Positions 26,855 through 38,406 of a stretch of DNA of 64,000 nt are shown one piece after another. Position 1 is the first letter of the stretch. The number at the start of each line of letters is the position of its first letter. The notes beneath the pieces are model-generated. The model saw only the letters and a program-made list of their open reading frames with translations. It did no database searches and had not been told where the DNA came from. The DNA is taken from positions 1,086 through 65,085 of the forward strand of contig DCWN01000042.1 in NCBI GenBank assembly GCA_002328835.1, read 5' to 3'. The stretch comes from Acidobacteria bacterium UBA2161. GTDB lineage: Bacteria; Acidobacteriota; Vicinamibacteria; Vicinamibacterales; UBA823. A program made the position numbers and the translations under genes.

Positions 26855-27708
26855 GCCGCGCGACTGACCCGGGCGCCATCGCCGCCTCCGGGGCGACGGG
26901 TCCGAGCAGGGGCTCCAGCGTGGACGTGGACCTGCTGGAATCGATCGTGGGCGCTGCGCGGGCGTCTGCCGACGAGCGGCGACGGGTGACGTCCGATCGT
27001 GAGATAGAGCGCGCCGCGGCCGCCAGGACGCCGAGAGCGGCGGAGTTCATGGCGCGCCTGGAGCGGTCGGACCAGGTGAACGTCATTGCGGAGTGCAAGC
27101 GCCGGTCGCCTTCCCAGGGTGTGTTGTGCCGCGACTACGACCCGGCGACCCTGGCGAAGGCCTACGCCCGGGGTGGTGCGGCGGCGATCTCGGTGCTGAC
27201 CGAGCCGACGTTCTTCGATGGCGCCCTCGAGCATCTCAGCGAAGTGCGAGCGATGGTGGAGCTGCCGATCCTTCGCAAAGACTTCATCGTGACGGAGTAT
27301 CAGCTCGTCGAGGCGCGTGCGGCCGGCGCCGACGCCGCACTGCTCATCGTGGGCGCGCTCGACGGCGCGATGCTCCGGCGGCTACAGGCCTCGGCGGACG
27401 CACTCGGCCTGGCCGCGCTGGTCGAGGTTCACGACGAAGCTGAACTGGAGCGTGCCGTCGAGGCCGGCGCCCGACTCGTCGGCGTGAATAACCGGAACCT
27501 GCGCACGCTGGAGGTCGTGGTCGATACGAGCGTGCGGCTCATCGAACGGATGCCGGAGGGGGTGTGCGCCGTGGCCGAGAGCGGCCTGCGGTCGCCTGAG
27601 GATCTCGCCAGGTTGCGGACCCTCGGGTACCAGGCGTTCCTGGTCGGTGAGGCTCTGGCGACTGAAGCCGACCCGACGGCCGCGCTGGAGGCGCTCCGCG
27701 GTGTCTAG
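26851..27708 (+). CDS. trpC: indole-3-glycerol phosphate synthase
   Basis: VIAECKRRSPSQG, ILRKDFIVTEYQ, VNNRNLRTL. GTGA overlap with the trpD stop. Confidence 0.95.
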   Translation: MSRATDPGAIAASGATGPSRGSSVDVDLLESIVGAARASADERRRVTSDREIERAAAARTPRAAEFMARLERSDQVNVIAECKRRSPSQGVLCRDYDPATLAKAYARGGAAAISVLTEPTFFDGALEHLSEVRAMVELPILRKDFIVTEYQLVEARAAGADAALLIVGALDGAMLRRLQASADALGLAALVEVHDEAELERAVEAGARLVGVNNRNLRTLEVVVDTSVRLIERMPEGVCAVAESGLRSPEDLARLRTLGYQAFLVGEALATEADPTAALEALRGV

Positions 27709-28363
27709 GCGTCCGTTCGTGAAGGTCTGCGGCATCACGACGCGGAACGACGCGGAGTGCGCCGCGGGCCTCGGAGCCGATGCGCTGGGGTTCGTCTTCT
27801 GGCCGAAGAGCCCTCGCTATATTCCGCCGGCCGCTGCCCGACGGATCATCGATGGGGTTGGTCCGTTGACGACGGCCGTGGGGATATTCGTGGACGCGAG
27901 GGTGGACGAGATCCATCGGGCGGTCCTCGACGCGCAGATCGACGTCGTGCAACTGCATGGCGACGAACCACGCGAGTTGCTGTCTCAGCTGACGCGGCCC
28001 GTCATCCGGGCGGTCGGGCTGCGGGCGGCCGGGCCGGTCACGCCGATCGAGTCGCTGCCGCCCGACGTCACCGTGTTGTTGGATGTACACGACCCGCGGC
28101 GGCGAGGGGGGACCGGCCGGCAAGTCGACTGGGCCGTCGCGGCCCGCTGGGCGCGCCAGCGGCGCGTGATGCTGTCCGGCGGGCTGCGGCCCGACAACGT
28201 CAGGACGGCGATCCGTCAGGTGGCCCCCTACGGCATTGACGTGTCGTCGGGTGTCGAGTCCACGCCCGGGACGAAGGACGCCGGGAAGCTACGCGCGTTC
28301 TTCACGGAGATCGAGGCGGAGCGCGGGTCCGCGGCGACGGACGTTGAGGTGAGCCATGACTGA
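27701..28363 (+). CDS. trpF: phosphoribosylanthranilate isomerase
   Basis: GTG 27701 gives [13 protein letters not shown]... [20 protein letters not shown]. Overlaps the trpC stop by 8 nt. Confidence 0.9.
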   Translation: MSRRPFVKVCGITTRNDAECAAGLGADALGFVFWPKSPRYIPPAAARRIIDGVGPLTTAVGIFVDARVDEIHRAVLDAQIDVVQLHGDEPRELLSQLTRPVIRAVGLRAAGPVTPIESLPPDVTVLLDVHDPRRRGGTGRQVDWAVAARWARQRRVMLSGGLRPDNVRTAIRQVAPYGIDVSSGVESTPGTKDAGKLRAFFTEIEAERGSAATDVEVSHD

Positions 28364-29603
28364 ATCGTCGGTGATCTCGGCCCCGGTGTTCGGTCAGCGG
28401 GACCCGGACGAGCGGGGCTACTTTGGTGCCTACGGCGGGCGCTACGTGCCGGAAACGCTGGTGGCGCCCGTCGAGGCACTCGAAGCGGCGTACCGCGAAG
28501 CCAGAAGCGACCCGGCGTTCGGGCGCGACCTGCAGCACCTCCTGACCAGCTATGTCGGTCGACCGACGCCCCTGGCGGCTGCCGGGCGGCTGAGCGCGGC
28601 CGTGGGCGGCGCTCAGATTCTGCTGAAGCGCGAAGACCTTGCGCACACCGGCGCGCACAAGATCAACAACGCGCTCGGACAGGCGTTGCTGGCCGTGCGG
28701 ATGGGAAAGCGACGCATCGTAGCCGAGACCGGCGCGGGCCAGCACGGCGTCGCCACGGCCACGGCTTGCGCGTTGCTCGGGCTCGACTGCGACGTCTACA
28801 TGGGCGCGGACGACATGGCGCGGCAGGCGCTCAACGTCGTGCGGATGCAGTTACTGGGCGCCTCGGTTCGGCGCGTCGAGGGCGGCAGTCGAACGCTGAA
28901 GGACGCCATCAACGAGGCGATGCGGGACTGGGTCACCAACGTGACGGACACCTACTATCTGTTGGGGTCGGTGCTCGGGCCCCATCCCTATCCCCTGATG
29001 GTGAGGGAGTTCCAGTCGGTGATCGGCCGCGAGGCGCGGGCGCAGTGCATCGAGGCGACCGGCGGCGTACCGGATGTGGTCGTGGCGTGTGTGGGCGGCG
29101 GGAGCAACGCCCTCGGGATCTTCGATGGCTTCCTGGACGATGCAGCGGTTCGACTCGTGGGGGTAGAGGCCGGCGGGGAGGCGATCGCTCCAGGCCGACA
29201 CGCGGCCCGGTTCGCGGGCGGGACGATGGGCGTGCTGCAGGGGACGCGCAGCTACGTGCTGCAGGATGCCCACGGCAACATCGAACGGACCCACTCGGTG
29301 TCGGCCGGTCTCGACTACGCGGCCGTCGGGCCGGAACACGCGTGGATGCGCGACCTCGGCCGTGCGGAGTACACCTGGGTGAGCGACGGGCAAGCACTCC
29401 ACGCGTTTCAGGAACTCTGTCGTCGCGAGGGCATCATGCCGGCGCTGGAGTCGGCACATGCGGTAGCGCATGCCATGACGCTGGCCGGAACGCTCGGTGC
29501 CTCGGCACGCATCCTGGTCAACCTCTCGGGACGGGGCGACAAGGACGTCGACAGCGTCGCCGCGCGACTCGACCATTCGTCGACAGCCGACGGCGGGGCC
29601 TAG
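28356..29603 (+). CDS. trpB: tryptophan synthase beta chain
   Basis: [37 protein letters not shown]. 8-nt overlap with the trpF end. Confidence 0.97.
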   Translation: MTESSVISAPVFGQRDPDERGYFGAYGGRYVPETLVAPVEALEAAYREARSDPAFGRDLQHLLTSYVGRPTPLAAAGRLSAAVGGAQILLKREDLAHTGAHKINNALGQALLAVRMGKRRIVAETGAGQHGVATATACALLGLDCDVYMGADDMARQALNVVRMQLLGASVRRVEGGSRTLKDAINEAMRDWVTNVTDTYYLLGSVLGPHPYPLMVREFQSVIGREARAQCIEATGGVPDVVVACVGGGSNALGIFDGFLDDAAVRLVGVEAGGEAIAPGRHAARFAGGTMGVLQGTRSYVLQDAHGNIERTHSVSAGLDYAAVGPEHAWMRDLGRAEYTWVSDGQALHAFQELCRREGIMPALESAHAVAHAMTLAGTLGASARILVNLSGRGDKDVDSVAARLDHSSTADGGA

Positions 29604-29614
29604 AAGGGCGGAGG

Positions 29615-30415
29615 ATGTCGAAGCTCGACGAGACGTTCAGCCGGATTCGGAGCGTGGAGCGCACGGGCCTCGTGACCTACGTGACCGCGGGCGACCCCGA
29701 CCTCGGACGCACCGGGTCGATTCTGCGCACCCTGGATGGGGCTGGAGCGGACGTGCTCGAGGTCGGCGTGCCCTTTTCCGATCCGCTGGCCGACGGCCCG
29801 GTGATCCAACGGGCGTCGGAGCGAGCACGGGCAGGCGGGACGACGCTCGGCGCGACGCTGAAGATGGTCGGTGACACGCGAGGCGCACTGCGCGCGCCGG
29901 TGGTGATCTTCAGCTACGCGAACCCGATCTTGGCGATGGGTAGCCAGACGTTCGCGGCGCGCGCCCGGGACGCGGGCGTCGATGGCGTCCTGGCCCTGGA
30001 CCTGCCGATCGAGGAGGCGGGCGACTTCAGAGCGACGATGCTCGACGCCGGGCTCGACACGATCTTTCTGTTGAGTCCGACGACGAGCGACGCGCGGATC
30101 AAGCGGGCGGCTGAACTGGGCCGGGGATTCCTCTACGGGATCTCCCGGCTGGGTGTGACCGGGGCGCGGACGCAGCTGGCGGACGGCGCAGAGCCGATGG
30201 CGGCGCGCATCCGGGCTCAGACCCAGATGCCCCTGGCGCTCGGGTTCGGCGTGTCGACAGCCGAGCACGTCACCGCCATCGGTCGTTGGGCCGATGCCGC
30301 GGTCGTGGGTAGTGCGATCGTGTCGGTCATCGAGAAGTCCGCCGGAGATGCGACGCTGGAGTCGGCACTGGCCGCCTACGTCCAAGAGTTGACGTCGGGG
30401 CATGAAGCCCCCTGA
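29615..30415 (+). CDS. trpA: tryptophan synthase alpha chain
   Basis: Start reset to MSKLDETF (29615). LEVGVPFSDPLADGPVIQ motif. Confidence 0.95.
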   Translation: MSKLDETFSRIRSVERTGLVTYVTAGDPDLGRTGSILRTLDGAGADVLEVGVPFSDPLADGPVIQRASERARAGGTTLGATLKMVGDTRGALRAPVVIFSYANPILAMGSQTFAARARDAGVDGVLALDLPIEEAGDFRATMLDAGLDTIFLLSPTTSDARIKRAAELGRGFLYGISRLGVTGARTQLADGAEPMAARIRAQTQMPLALGFGVSTAEHVTAIGRWADAAVVGSAIVSVIEKSAGDATLESALAAYVQELTSGHEAP

Positions 30416-30507
30416 TGCGCGAGAGAAGTCATTGATGACACCCGTCGGCTGCCCGGCCATCCGGGCGTGTAGCCGACCGACGGCAGGGAGTGAAGGGGAG
30501 TGAGGCC

Positions 30508-31557
30508 ATGATGATCGTCATGCAGGAACAGGCGTCGGAGAGTCAGATCGAGAAGGTGGTCGAGCACCTGGGGGAGCAGGGGTTCGACGTCCACCGGTCG
30601 ACCGGCGCGCTGCGCACGGTGCTGGGCGCGGTCGGCGGCAACCGGACGTTCGACTTCAGGCTGGTGGAGGTCATGGACGGGGTGTCGGAGGTCCATCGGA
30701 TCACCGAGCCGTACAAGCTGGCGAGCCGAACGTTCAAGAGCGAGCGGACCGTGATCCAGATCGACGACCTGCGCATCGGCGGAGACGAGGTCGTGGTGAT
30801 GGCGGGCCCGTGCTCGGCTGAAACCGAAGAACAGGTCGAGGCGACCGCCTCCGCCGTGAGGCGCGCCGGGGCCAAGGTGCTGCGCGGCGGAGCGTTCAAA
30901 CCCCGCAGCTCACCCTACAGCTTCCAGGGGCTGGGAGAGCAGGGGCTGCAGATGCTGCGTGGCGCGGCCGACCGGCATGACATGAAGCTGGTGTCGGAGG
31001 TGATGGACGTCAGCCAGATCGAGCTGGTCGGGAAGTACTCCGACATCTTGCAGGTCGGCGCTCGAAACATGCAGAACTACACCCTGTTGCGCGAGCTCGG
31101 CCGCACCGCGAAGCCCGTGCTGTTGAAGCGGGGCATCTCTGCGACGATCGAGGAGTGGCTGCTCTCGGCCGAGTACGTCCTGGCAGGGGGAAATGGCGAC
31201 GTCATGCTGTGCGAACGGGGGATCCGGACGTTCGAGAGCTACACCCGCAATACGCTCGACATCTCGGCGATCCCGGTCATCCACAAGCTGAGCCACCTGC
31301 CAATCGTCGCCGATCCGAGTCACGGTACCGGGCGCCGGGACAAGGTGGCGCCGATGGCGCGCGCCTCGGTGGCCGCGGGGGCGGACGCCCTGATCATCGA
31401 GGTGCACAACGATCCCGAGCGCGCGAAGAGCGACGGGGCGCAGTCGTTGTTCCCGGAGCAGTTCGATCGCCTGATGACCGAACTGCGGATCATCGCTCCA
31501 GCGATCGGGCGAAGCATCTGCCTCGAGCCAGTCGGAGGAAAGGCATGGGGCAGATGA
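30508..31557 (+). CDS. aroF: 3-deoxy-7-phosphoheptulonate (DAHP) synthase, type I-beta, with N-terminal ferredoxin-like/ACT-like regulatory domain
   Basis: GGGGAG sits 7 nt before ATG 30508. The N-terminal 70 aa or so ([31 protein letters not shown]...) resembles the regulatory domain of Thermotoga-type enzymes. Catalytic core [29 protein letters not shown]. Confidence 0.85.
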   Translation: MMIVMQEQASESQIEKVVEHLGEQGFDVHRSTGALRTVLGAVGGNRTFDFRLVEVMDGVSEVHRITEPYKLASRTFKSERTVIQIDDLRIGGDEVVVMAGPCSAETEEQVEATASAVRRAGAKVLRGGAFKPRSSPYSFQGLGEQGLQMLRGAADRHDMKLVSEVMDVSQIELVGKYSDILQVGARNMQNYTLLRELGRTAKPVLLKRGISATIEEWLLSAEYVLAGGNGDVMLCERGIRTFESYTRNTLDISAIPVIHKLSHLPIVADPSHGTGRRDKVAPMARASVAAGADALIIEVHNDPERAKSDGAQSLFPEQFDRLMTELRIIAPAIGRSICLEPVGGKAWGR

Positions 31558-31575
31558 GGGTGGACACGCCGAGCG

Positions 31576-32292
31576 ATGGTCGATCGGAGACCGCTGCCGG
31601 TCGTTCCGGCCGGTGCGCCGCGCGCCGCGCCGGTCTTCGAGAAGGTCGGCATCGTCGGCTTGGGGCTCATCGGGGGGTCCATCGCACTGGCGGCCCGGGC
31701 GGCGTGGCCGAACGCGCTGGTCATCGGCGTCGATGGCAGCGAAGTACTCGAGCAGGCGATGGCGCTCCAGGCCGTTGACGTCGGCGCGGACGACGCCGTC
31801 GTGCTGTCCGAGGCCGACCTCGTCATCCTGGCCGCTCTCGGCGGGCAGAACCTCGAGATGCTGAACGTGGTGGCGGATCATGTCGGCGGGGCGGCGGTCG
31901 TTTCGGATGTTGGCAGCACGAAGCGCGCGATCGTCGAGGCGGCGCGGGCCTTACTACGGCGGCTTCGGTTCGTGGGAGGGCATCCGTTGGCCGGCGCCGC
32001 CGGCCAAGGGATAGGCCACGCCCGGGCTGACCTCTTCAAGGGCCGACCGTGGCTCCTGACGCCAGACGGTGACGCGCAAGGTGAAGCGCTGCTGCGTCTG
32101 GGAGCATTCATCGAGGCACTGGGGGCCGCGCCGCGGACGCTCGACGCCGAGGAGCACGACAGCCTGATGGCATCGCTGCGTCAGAAGTCTGGGCCCGGCG
32201 CGGGACTCTACGAACTCTTCGAATCGGCCAACGACTGGCGAGAGATTCTGACGAGCGCGTTGGACGCGGTCCCAGCGAAGCGAGAGACCTGA
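31576..32292 (+). CDS. tyrA: prephenate/arogenate dehydrogenase, unusually short C-terminal domain
   Basis: Rossmann VGIVGLGLIGGSIA, catalytic-region FVGGHPLAG, EEHD. After EEHD only about 45 residues remain and no SHLPH-type helix is visible. Confidence 0.7.
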   Translation: MVDRRPLPVVPAGAPRAAPVFEKVGIVGLGLIGGSIALAARAAWPNALVIGVDGSEVLEQAMALQAVDVGADDAVVLSEADLVILAALGGQNLEMLNVVADHVGGAAVVSDVGSTKRAIVEAARALLRRLRFVGGHPLAGAAGQGIGHARADLFKGRPWLLTPDGDAQGEALLRLGAFIEALGAAPRTLDAEEHDSLMASLRQKSGPGAGLYELFESANDWREILTSALDAVPAKRET

Positions 32293-32293
32293 C

Positions 32294-32707
32294 GTGGTGA
32301 TCGTTCGTTCGGCGGTCGATGAGATCGTTCGGCACGCCAAGGCGGAGAGTCCTGACGAGTGTTGTGGACTGCTCCTGGGAAACGAGGCGAAGATCGACAC
32401 CGCGACGCGGGCGCGGAATGATTCCCCAGACCCGGCCCGGTACCGCGTGAATCCCGAGGACCACTTCGGTGCGATTCATGCGGCGCGCGCGACCGGCCGC
32501 CGCGTCGTCGGGGTATATCATTCCCATCCTCGCAGCGTGGCGTCTCCCTCTCCCACGGATCTCGCGGAAGCCAGCTATTCCGAGTATCTCTACCTGATCG
32601 TCTCGCTCTCTGGGCACGACGAGGACGCGGTGCACACCGGCGGGCTCCGGGCTTACTGGCTGCGGGACGGCCGCGCGATCGTCGAGACCTTGCGAGTAGA
32701 GCCCTGA
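32294..32707 (+). CDS. Mov34/MPN+ (JAMM) family metalloprotease
   Basis: ESPDECCGLLLG (Glu) and HSHPRSVASPSPTD form a complete E...HxHx7SxxD JAMM motif. GTG start 1 nt after the tyrA stop. Confidence 0.85.
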   Translation: MVIVRSAVDEIVRHAKAESPDECCGLLLGNEAKIDTATRARNDSPDPARYRVNPEDHFGAIHAARATGRRVVGVYHSHPRSVASPSPTDLAEASYSEYLYLIVSLSGHDEDAVHTGGLRAYWLRDGRAIVETLRVEP

Positions 32708-32724
32708 CCGGTGGGCGAGCGCCG

Positions 32725-32730
32725 TATAAT
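32725..32730 (+). promoter_or_regulatory. perfect TATAAT -10 box 6 nt upstream of the pepA ATG (possible leaderless transcript)
   Basis: TATAAT at 32725-32730 and ATG at 32737. No Shine-Dalgarno sequence fits in between. The -35 is weak (cTGACc). Confidence 0.3.
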
Positions 32731-32736
32731 CTCCGG

Positions 32737-34269
32737 ATGCACGATGCGACGTTGCGGTCAGACTTGCGGGCGGTGAGTGGCACACCCTCGACTCTGGATG
32801 CCGAACTCCTCGTCCTGCCCACCTGGGATGGCGACGACCTCGCCGACGTTCCCGAACTCGACGTCGCGACGGCCGGTGCGTTGGCGGATGCCCGCGCCCG
32901 AGGGGAGTGGCGTGGAAAGGCGTACGCGACCTGTCTGGCCGCGCTGACGGATGCTGCGTGGCCCGCGCGTCGGGTGCTCCTGATTGGCACGGGGCCGGAC
33001 CGAGGATCGACCGGGCAGATCAGACGGGTCGCCGCCGCGGCCATGATTGAAGCCAGGGGCCGCCGTGTGGCCAGCCTCGCATTCTGTCTCCGTGCGCCGA
33101 GCCAGACGGTCGAGGCGGCTCAGGCAGCAGCGGAAGGGCTGACCCTGGGCGAGTTCGACGGGGGGAGCTATAAGACCGATGGCGACCATCACGTGGTCGA
33201 CCGTGTCCTCGTGGCGAGGGCGGGCGACGCGGGGGACGCCGAGCAGGCTGACGCCCTGGAGCGGGCCGTTGCGCGCGGGCGACTGCTGGGCACGTGCAGC
33301 AACGATGCGCGGGCGATGGCGAACGAGCCGGGCAACACGCTCACGCCAACCGTCTTCGCCGATCGAGCCAGACGTCTCGCGGAGGGCACGTCGCTGACGG
33401 TCGACGTGCTCGAGCAGCAGCAGATCGAAGAGCTGGGCATGGGGTTGTTGCTCGGCGTGGCGCGCGGAAGCGCCGAGCCGCCCCGACTGATTGTCGTCGA
33501 GCACGAACCGGATGGCGGGGCGGACGCGCCGGTTCTCGGTCTCGTCGGGAAGGGCATCACCTTCGACAGCGGCGGCATCTCGCTGAAGCCTCCCGAGTCG
33601 ATGGAGTTGATGAAGGACGACATGGCTGGCGGCGCGGCCGTGATTGCCGCGATGCGTGCGATCAGTCTCCTCGGTGTGCCGATTCGTGTGATCGGCGTCG
33701 TCCCCGCGACCGAGAACCTGCCGGGTGGGCGTGCCATCAAGCCTGGGGATGTCTTGCGGAGCGCGGACGGTCAGACCGTCGAAGTGACCAACACCGATGC
33801 GGAGGGACGCCTGATACTGGGAGATGCGCTGTGGTACGCGAAGCGGTGCGGCGCGACGCATCTCGTGGACGTCGCCACGTTGACCGGGGGATGCGTGGTG
33901 GCGCTGGGGAAGATCACGAGTGGTCTCTTCGGAGCCCCTGACCGCTGGGTCGACGCGGTGCGGCGAGCGGCGGGCGTCGCGGGCGACCGGGTGTGGCCGC
34001 TTCCGGTGTTCGACGAGTACGCCGATCAGATCAGAAGTGACATCGCAGATCTGAAGAACACCGGCGGGCGGGCAGCCTCACCGATCACGGCGGCGATGTT
34101 TCTCAAGGCGTTCATCGGTGATACGCCGTGGGCCCATCTGGATGTCGCCGGGACGGCCTGGAGCGAGGAGGCGCGGCCCTACCAGGCCAAGGGCCCCTCA
34201 GGCGTGGCCGTGCGGACGCTGGTGGAACTGGCCTGTGCGCACGCGGGATGGACCGGCATCGGCGGGTGA
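32737..34269 (+). CDS. pepA: leucyl aminopeptidase (M17)
   Basis: VGKGITFDSGGISLKP, NTDAEGRLILGDAL signature. Confidence 0.95.
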   Translation: MHDATLRSDLRAVSGTPSTLDAELLVLPTWDGDDLADVPELDVATAGALADARARGEWRGKAYATCLAALTDAAWPARRVLLIGTGPDRGSTGQIRRVAAAAMIEARGRRVASLAFCLRAPSQTVEAAQAAAEGLTLGEFDGGSYKTDGDHHVVDRVLVARAGDAGDAEQADALERAVARGRLLGTCSNDARAMANEPGNTLTPTVFADRARRLAEGTSLTVDVLEQQQIEELGMGLLLGVARGSAEPPRLIVVEHEPDGGADAPVLGLVGKGITFDSGGISLKPPESMELMKDDMAGGAAVIAAMRAISLLGVPIRVIGVVPATENLPGGRAIKPGDVLRSADGQTVEVTNTDAEGRLILGDALWYAKRCGATHLVDVATLTGGCVVALGKITSGLFGAPDRWVDAVRRAAGVAGDRVWPLPVFDEYADQIRSDIADLKNTGGRAASPITAAMFLKAFIGDTPWAHLDVAGTAWSEEARPYQAKGPSGVAVRTLVELACAHAGWTGIGG

Positions 34270-34290
34270 GCAGCGGGAGGACGCAGGCAG

Positions 34291-34509
34291 ATGGCCACTC
34301 AGCCTACGACGCCAATCATCATTCAGCTCCCCGACCCGCCAACGCCTGAAACCACCGTGGCGGATGTGCTCCTCCAGGCCATCGGCTTGACGGGCGCCTT
34401 CATCCTCGCCGCGTTGCTGGCCGGGATCGTCATCGGAGGCCTGCTGTTCCGGCTACGTCGCGGGCGCCGAGGAGACGCCGACGACGGGATGCAGCGGTTG
34501 GGCCTGTGA
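34291..34509 (+). CDS. small hypothetical membrane protein (72 aa)
   Basis: GGGAGGA upstream of the ATG. One clear TM helix LTGAFILAALLAGIVIGGLLF followed by RLRRGRRG. No family recognised. Confidence 0.4.
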   Translation: MATQPTTPIIIQLPDPPTPETTVADVLLQAIGLTGAFILAALLAGIVIGGLLFRLRRGRRGDADDGMQRLGL

Positions 34510-34528
34510 CGATGATCGAGGGCGAGAC

Positions 34529-36109
34529 CTAGGGCTGCGAGGCCACCTGGATGTTCTTCAAGGTGCGCTGGTACCGCAGGACCGCCTCGAACAGGGCCTG
34601 AGCGATCCGCTGGCGATAGTCATCCTGTTTGAGCAGGAGCGCTTCGCCGCGGTTGCTGAGGAACGAGACCTCGGCGAGCACGCTGGGCATGTCGGCCCTG
34701 ATCAGGACGACGAACGGGGCCTGCTTGACGCCGAGGTCGCGGAGTTGCGGATTGACGGGCCGGAGCTTCTGGTCGAGGGCCCCCTGCACCATCTCGGCAA
34801 ACTCACGCGATTCATCGAGCTTGTTGTTCAGCGCGATCGTCTGCACGAGGTCCTGCAGTCGGGCCATCGTGCGCCCTGACGACGCGTTCTCGCGAGCGGC
34901 GAGCGCCTCGGCGTCCGGGTTGGTGGCAAAGTTGAGGAAATAGGTTTCGATCCCGCGGGCCATTCGGTTCGTGCTGGCGTTGGCATGAATCGAGAGAAAA
35001 AGATCGGCCCGATGGCGGTTGGCGATCGCCGTGCGCTCTTCGAGCGGAATGAACCTGTCATTCTCGCGTGTCAGCAGCACGTTGGTGGACGGCTGGGAAG
35101 CGAGTAGTGCCTTCAGCCGCAGGGCAATGTCGAGCACCAGGGTGGCTTCCGACATTCCGGAGCCACGAGCGCCGGGGTCGCGGCCGCCGTGGCCCGGGTC
35201 GATGACGATGCGGCTGACCCCAAGGCCAAGCTGACGCGACAACGAGAAGTTGCCGGCGGCGTTGGCGGCCGGCGCGGCCGGTTCGCCACCCCGTGCCGTC
35301 AGTGGTTCTGGAGTCGGCGCGTCGGGGCCGCGGACGGCGTCGATCACTAGGCGGTACGGATTGTAGAGCGAGAAGACGCTGTAGTCCTCGACGTTGTCGA
35401 GGTCGAGCACGACGCGCGTGATGTGGTTCGGGTGACGTCCCAGCCGAATCTTTCTGACGACGTCGTCACTGAAGGAGAACGTGGCGTCGAGCAGTTCCGG
35501 AGCGGCTTCGGTACCCTGGAGGTCGAAGAACACCCTATCGGGATTCTCGAGCCGCTCGTGGCGGTAGCTGACCTCCGCGTCGAGCTGGATCGTCACCCTC
35601 ACGCCGGCGTCGAGACGCGTCCGCTCGATGGCGCTGATCGCGGTGGGACGCAGCCGTGCATGGGCGAGGGTAGCCAGGCGTTCGACGCGCTCGTCGACGC
35701 GCGCCACCAGGGAACTGCTGGGATACTCGCTGCGAAGCATGTCGAGTAGGCGCTCGCTATCGCGTCGGTCGCGCGTATTGCCGTAGTGCTGGAAGGCGGC
35801 GAGGGCAAGGCCGGAGGCCTGCCAGAGGGCGTTGTCGCTGTACCCGCTGCGGGGATACTGCCTCACGACCTCCTGATAGCGGCGAACCAGTGCCCGCAGC
35901 TCATCGAGGGAGGGCGGTTGCGGCCGCGTAGGAGCGCGGAGCGTGCGCTCCCGCGCGAGCGCGTCGGCGTAGAGTTCCCGCGCTGTGGCGGCCTCGACGG
36001 TCGGCGCGAAGAGCGCGGCGAGCGTGAGGACGATCGCCACGCAGGCAGCGAGGGCGCCGTGGGAGGCGGCGGCCGGGCTGAGCGAACGCAGATGCGCGGA
36101 GATGGTCAT
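34529..36109 (-). CDS. N-acetylmuramoyl-L-alanine amidase (AmiC-like) with AMIN domain
   Basis: AMIN-like VRVTIQLDAEVSYRHERLENPDRVFFDL...RVVLDL. Amidase_3 core IVIDPGHGGRDPGA, FLSIHANAS, LAEVSFLSN. Confidence 0.9.
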   Translation of the reverse strand: MTISAHLRSLSPAAASHGALAACVAIVLTLAALFAPTVEAATARELYADALARERTLRAPTRPQPPSLDELRALVRRYQEVVRQYPRSGYSDNALWQASGLALAAFQHYGNTRDRRDSERLLDMLRSEYPSSSLVARVDERVERLATLAHARLRPTAISAIERTRLDAGVRVTIQLDAEVSYRHERLENPDRVFFDLQGTEAAPELLDATFSFSDDVVRKIRLGRHPNHITRVVLDLDNVEDYSVFSLYNPYRLVIDAVRGPDAPTPEPLTARGGEPAAPAANAAGNFSLSRQLGLGVSRIVIDPGHGGRDPGARGSGMSEATLVLDIALRLKALLASQPSTNVLLTRENDRFIPLEERTAIANRHRADLFLSIHANASTNRMARGIETYFLNFATNPDAEALAARENASSGRTMARLQDLVQTIALNNKLDESREFAEMVQGALDQKLRPVNPQLRDLGVKQAPFVVLIRADMPSVLAEVSFLSNRGEALLLKQDDYRQRIAQALFEAVLRYQRTLKNIQVASQP

Positions 36110-36123
36110 CGGCAGCGACGGGG

Positions 36124-38405
<2,282 letters not shown>

Positions 38406-38406
<1 letters not shown>

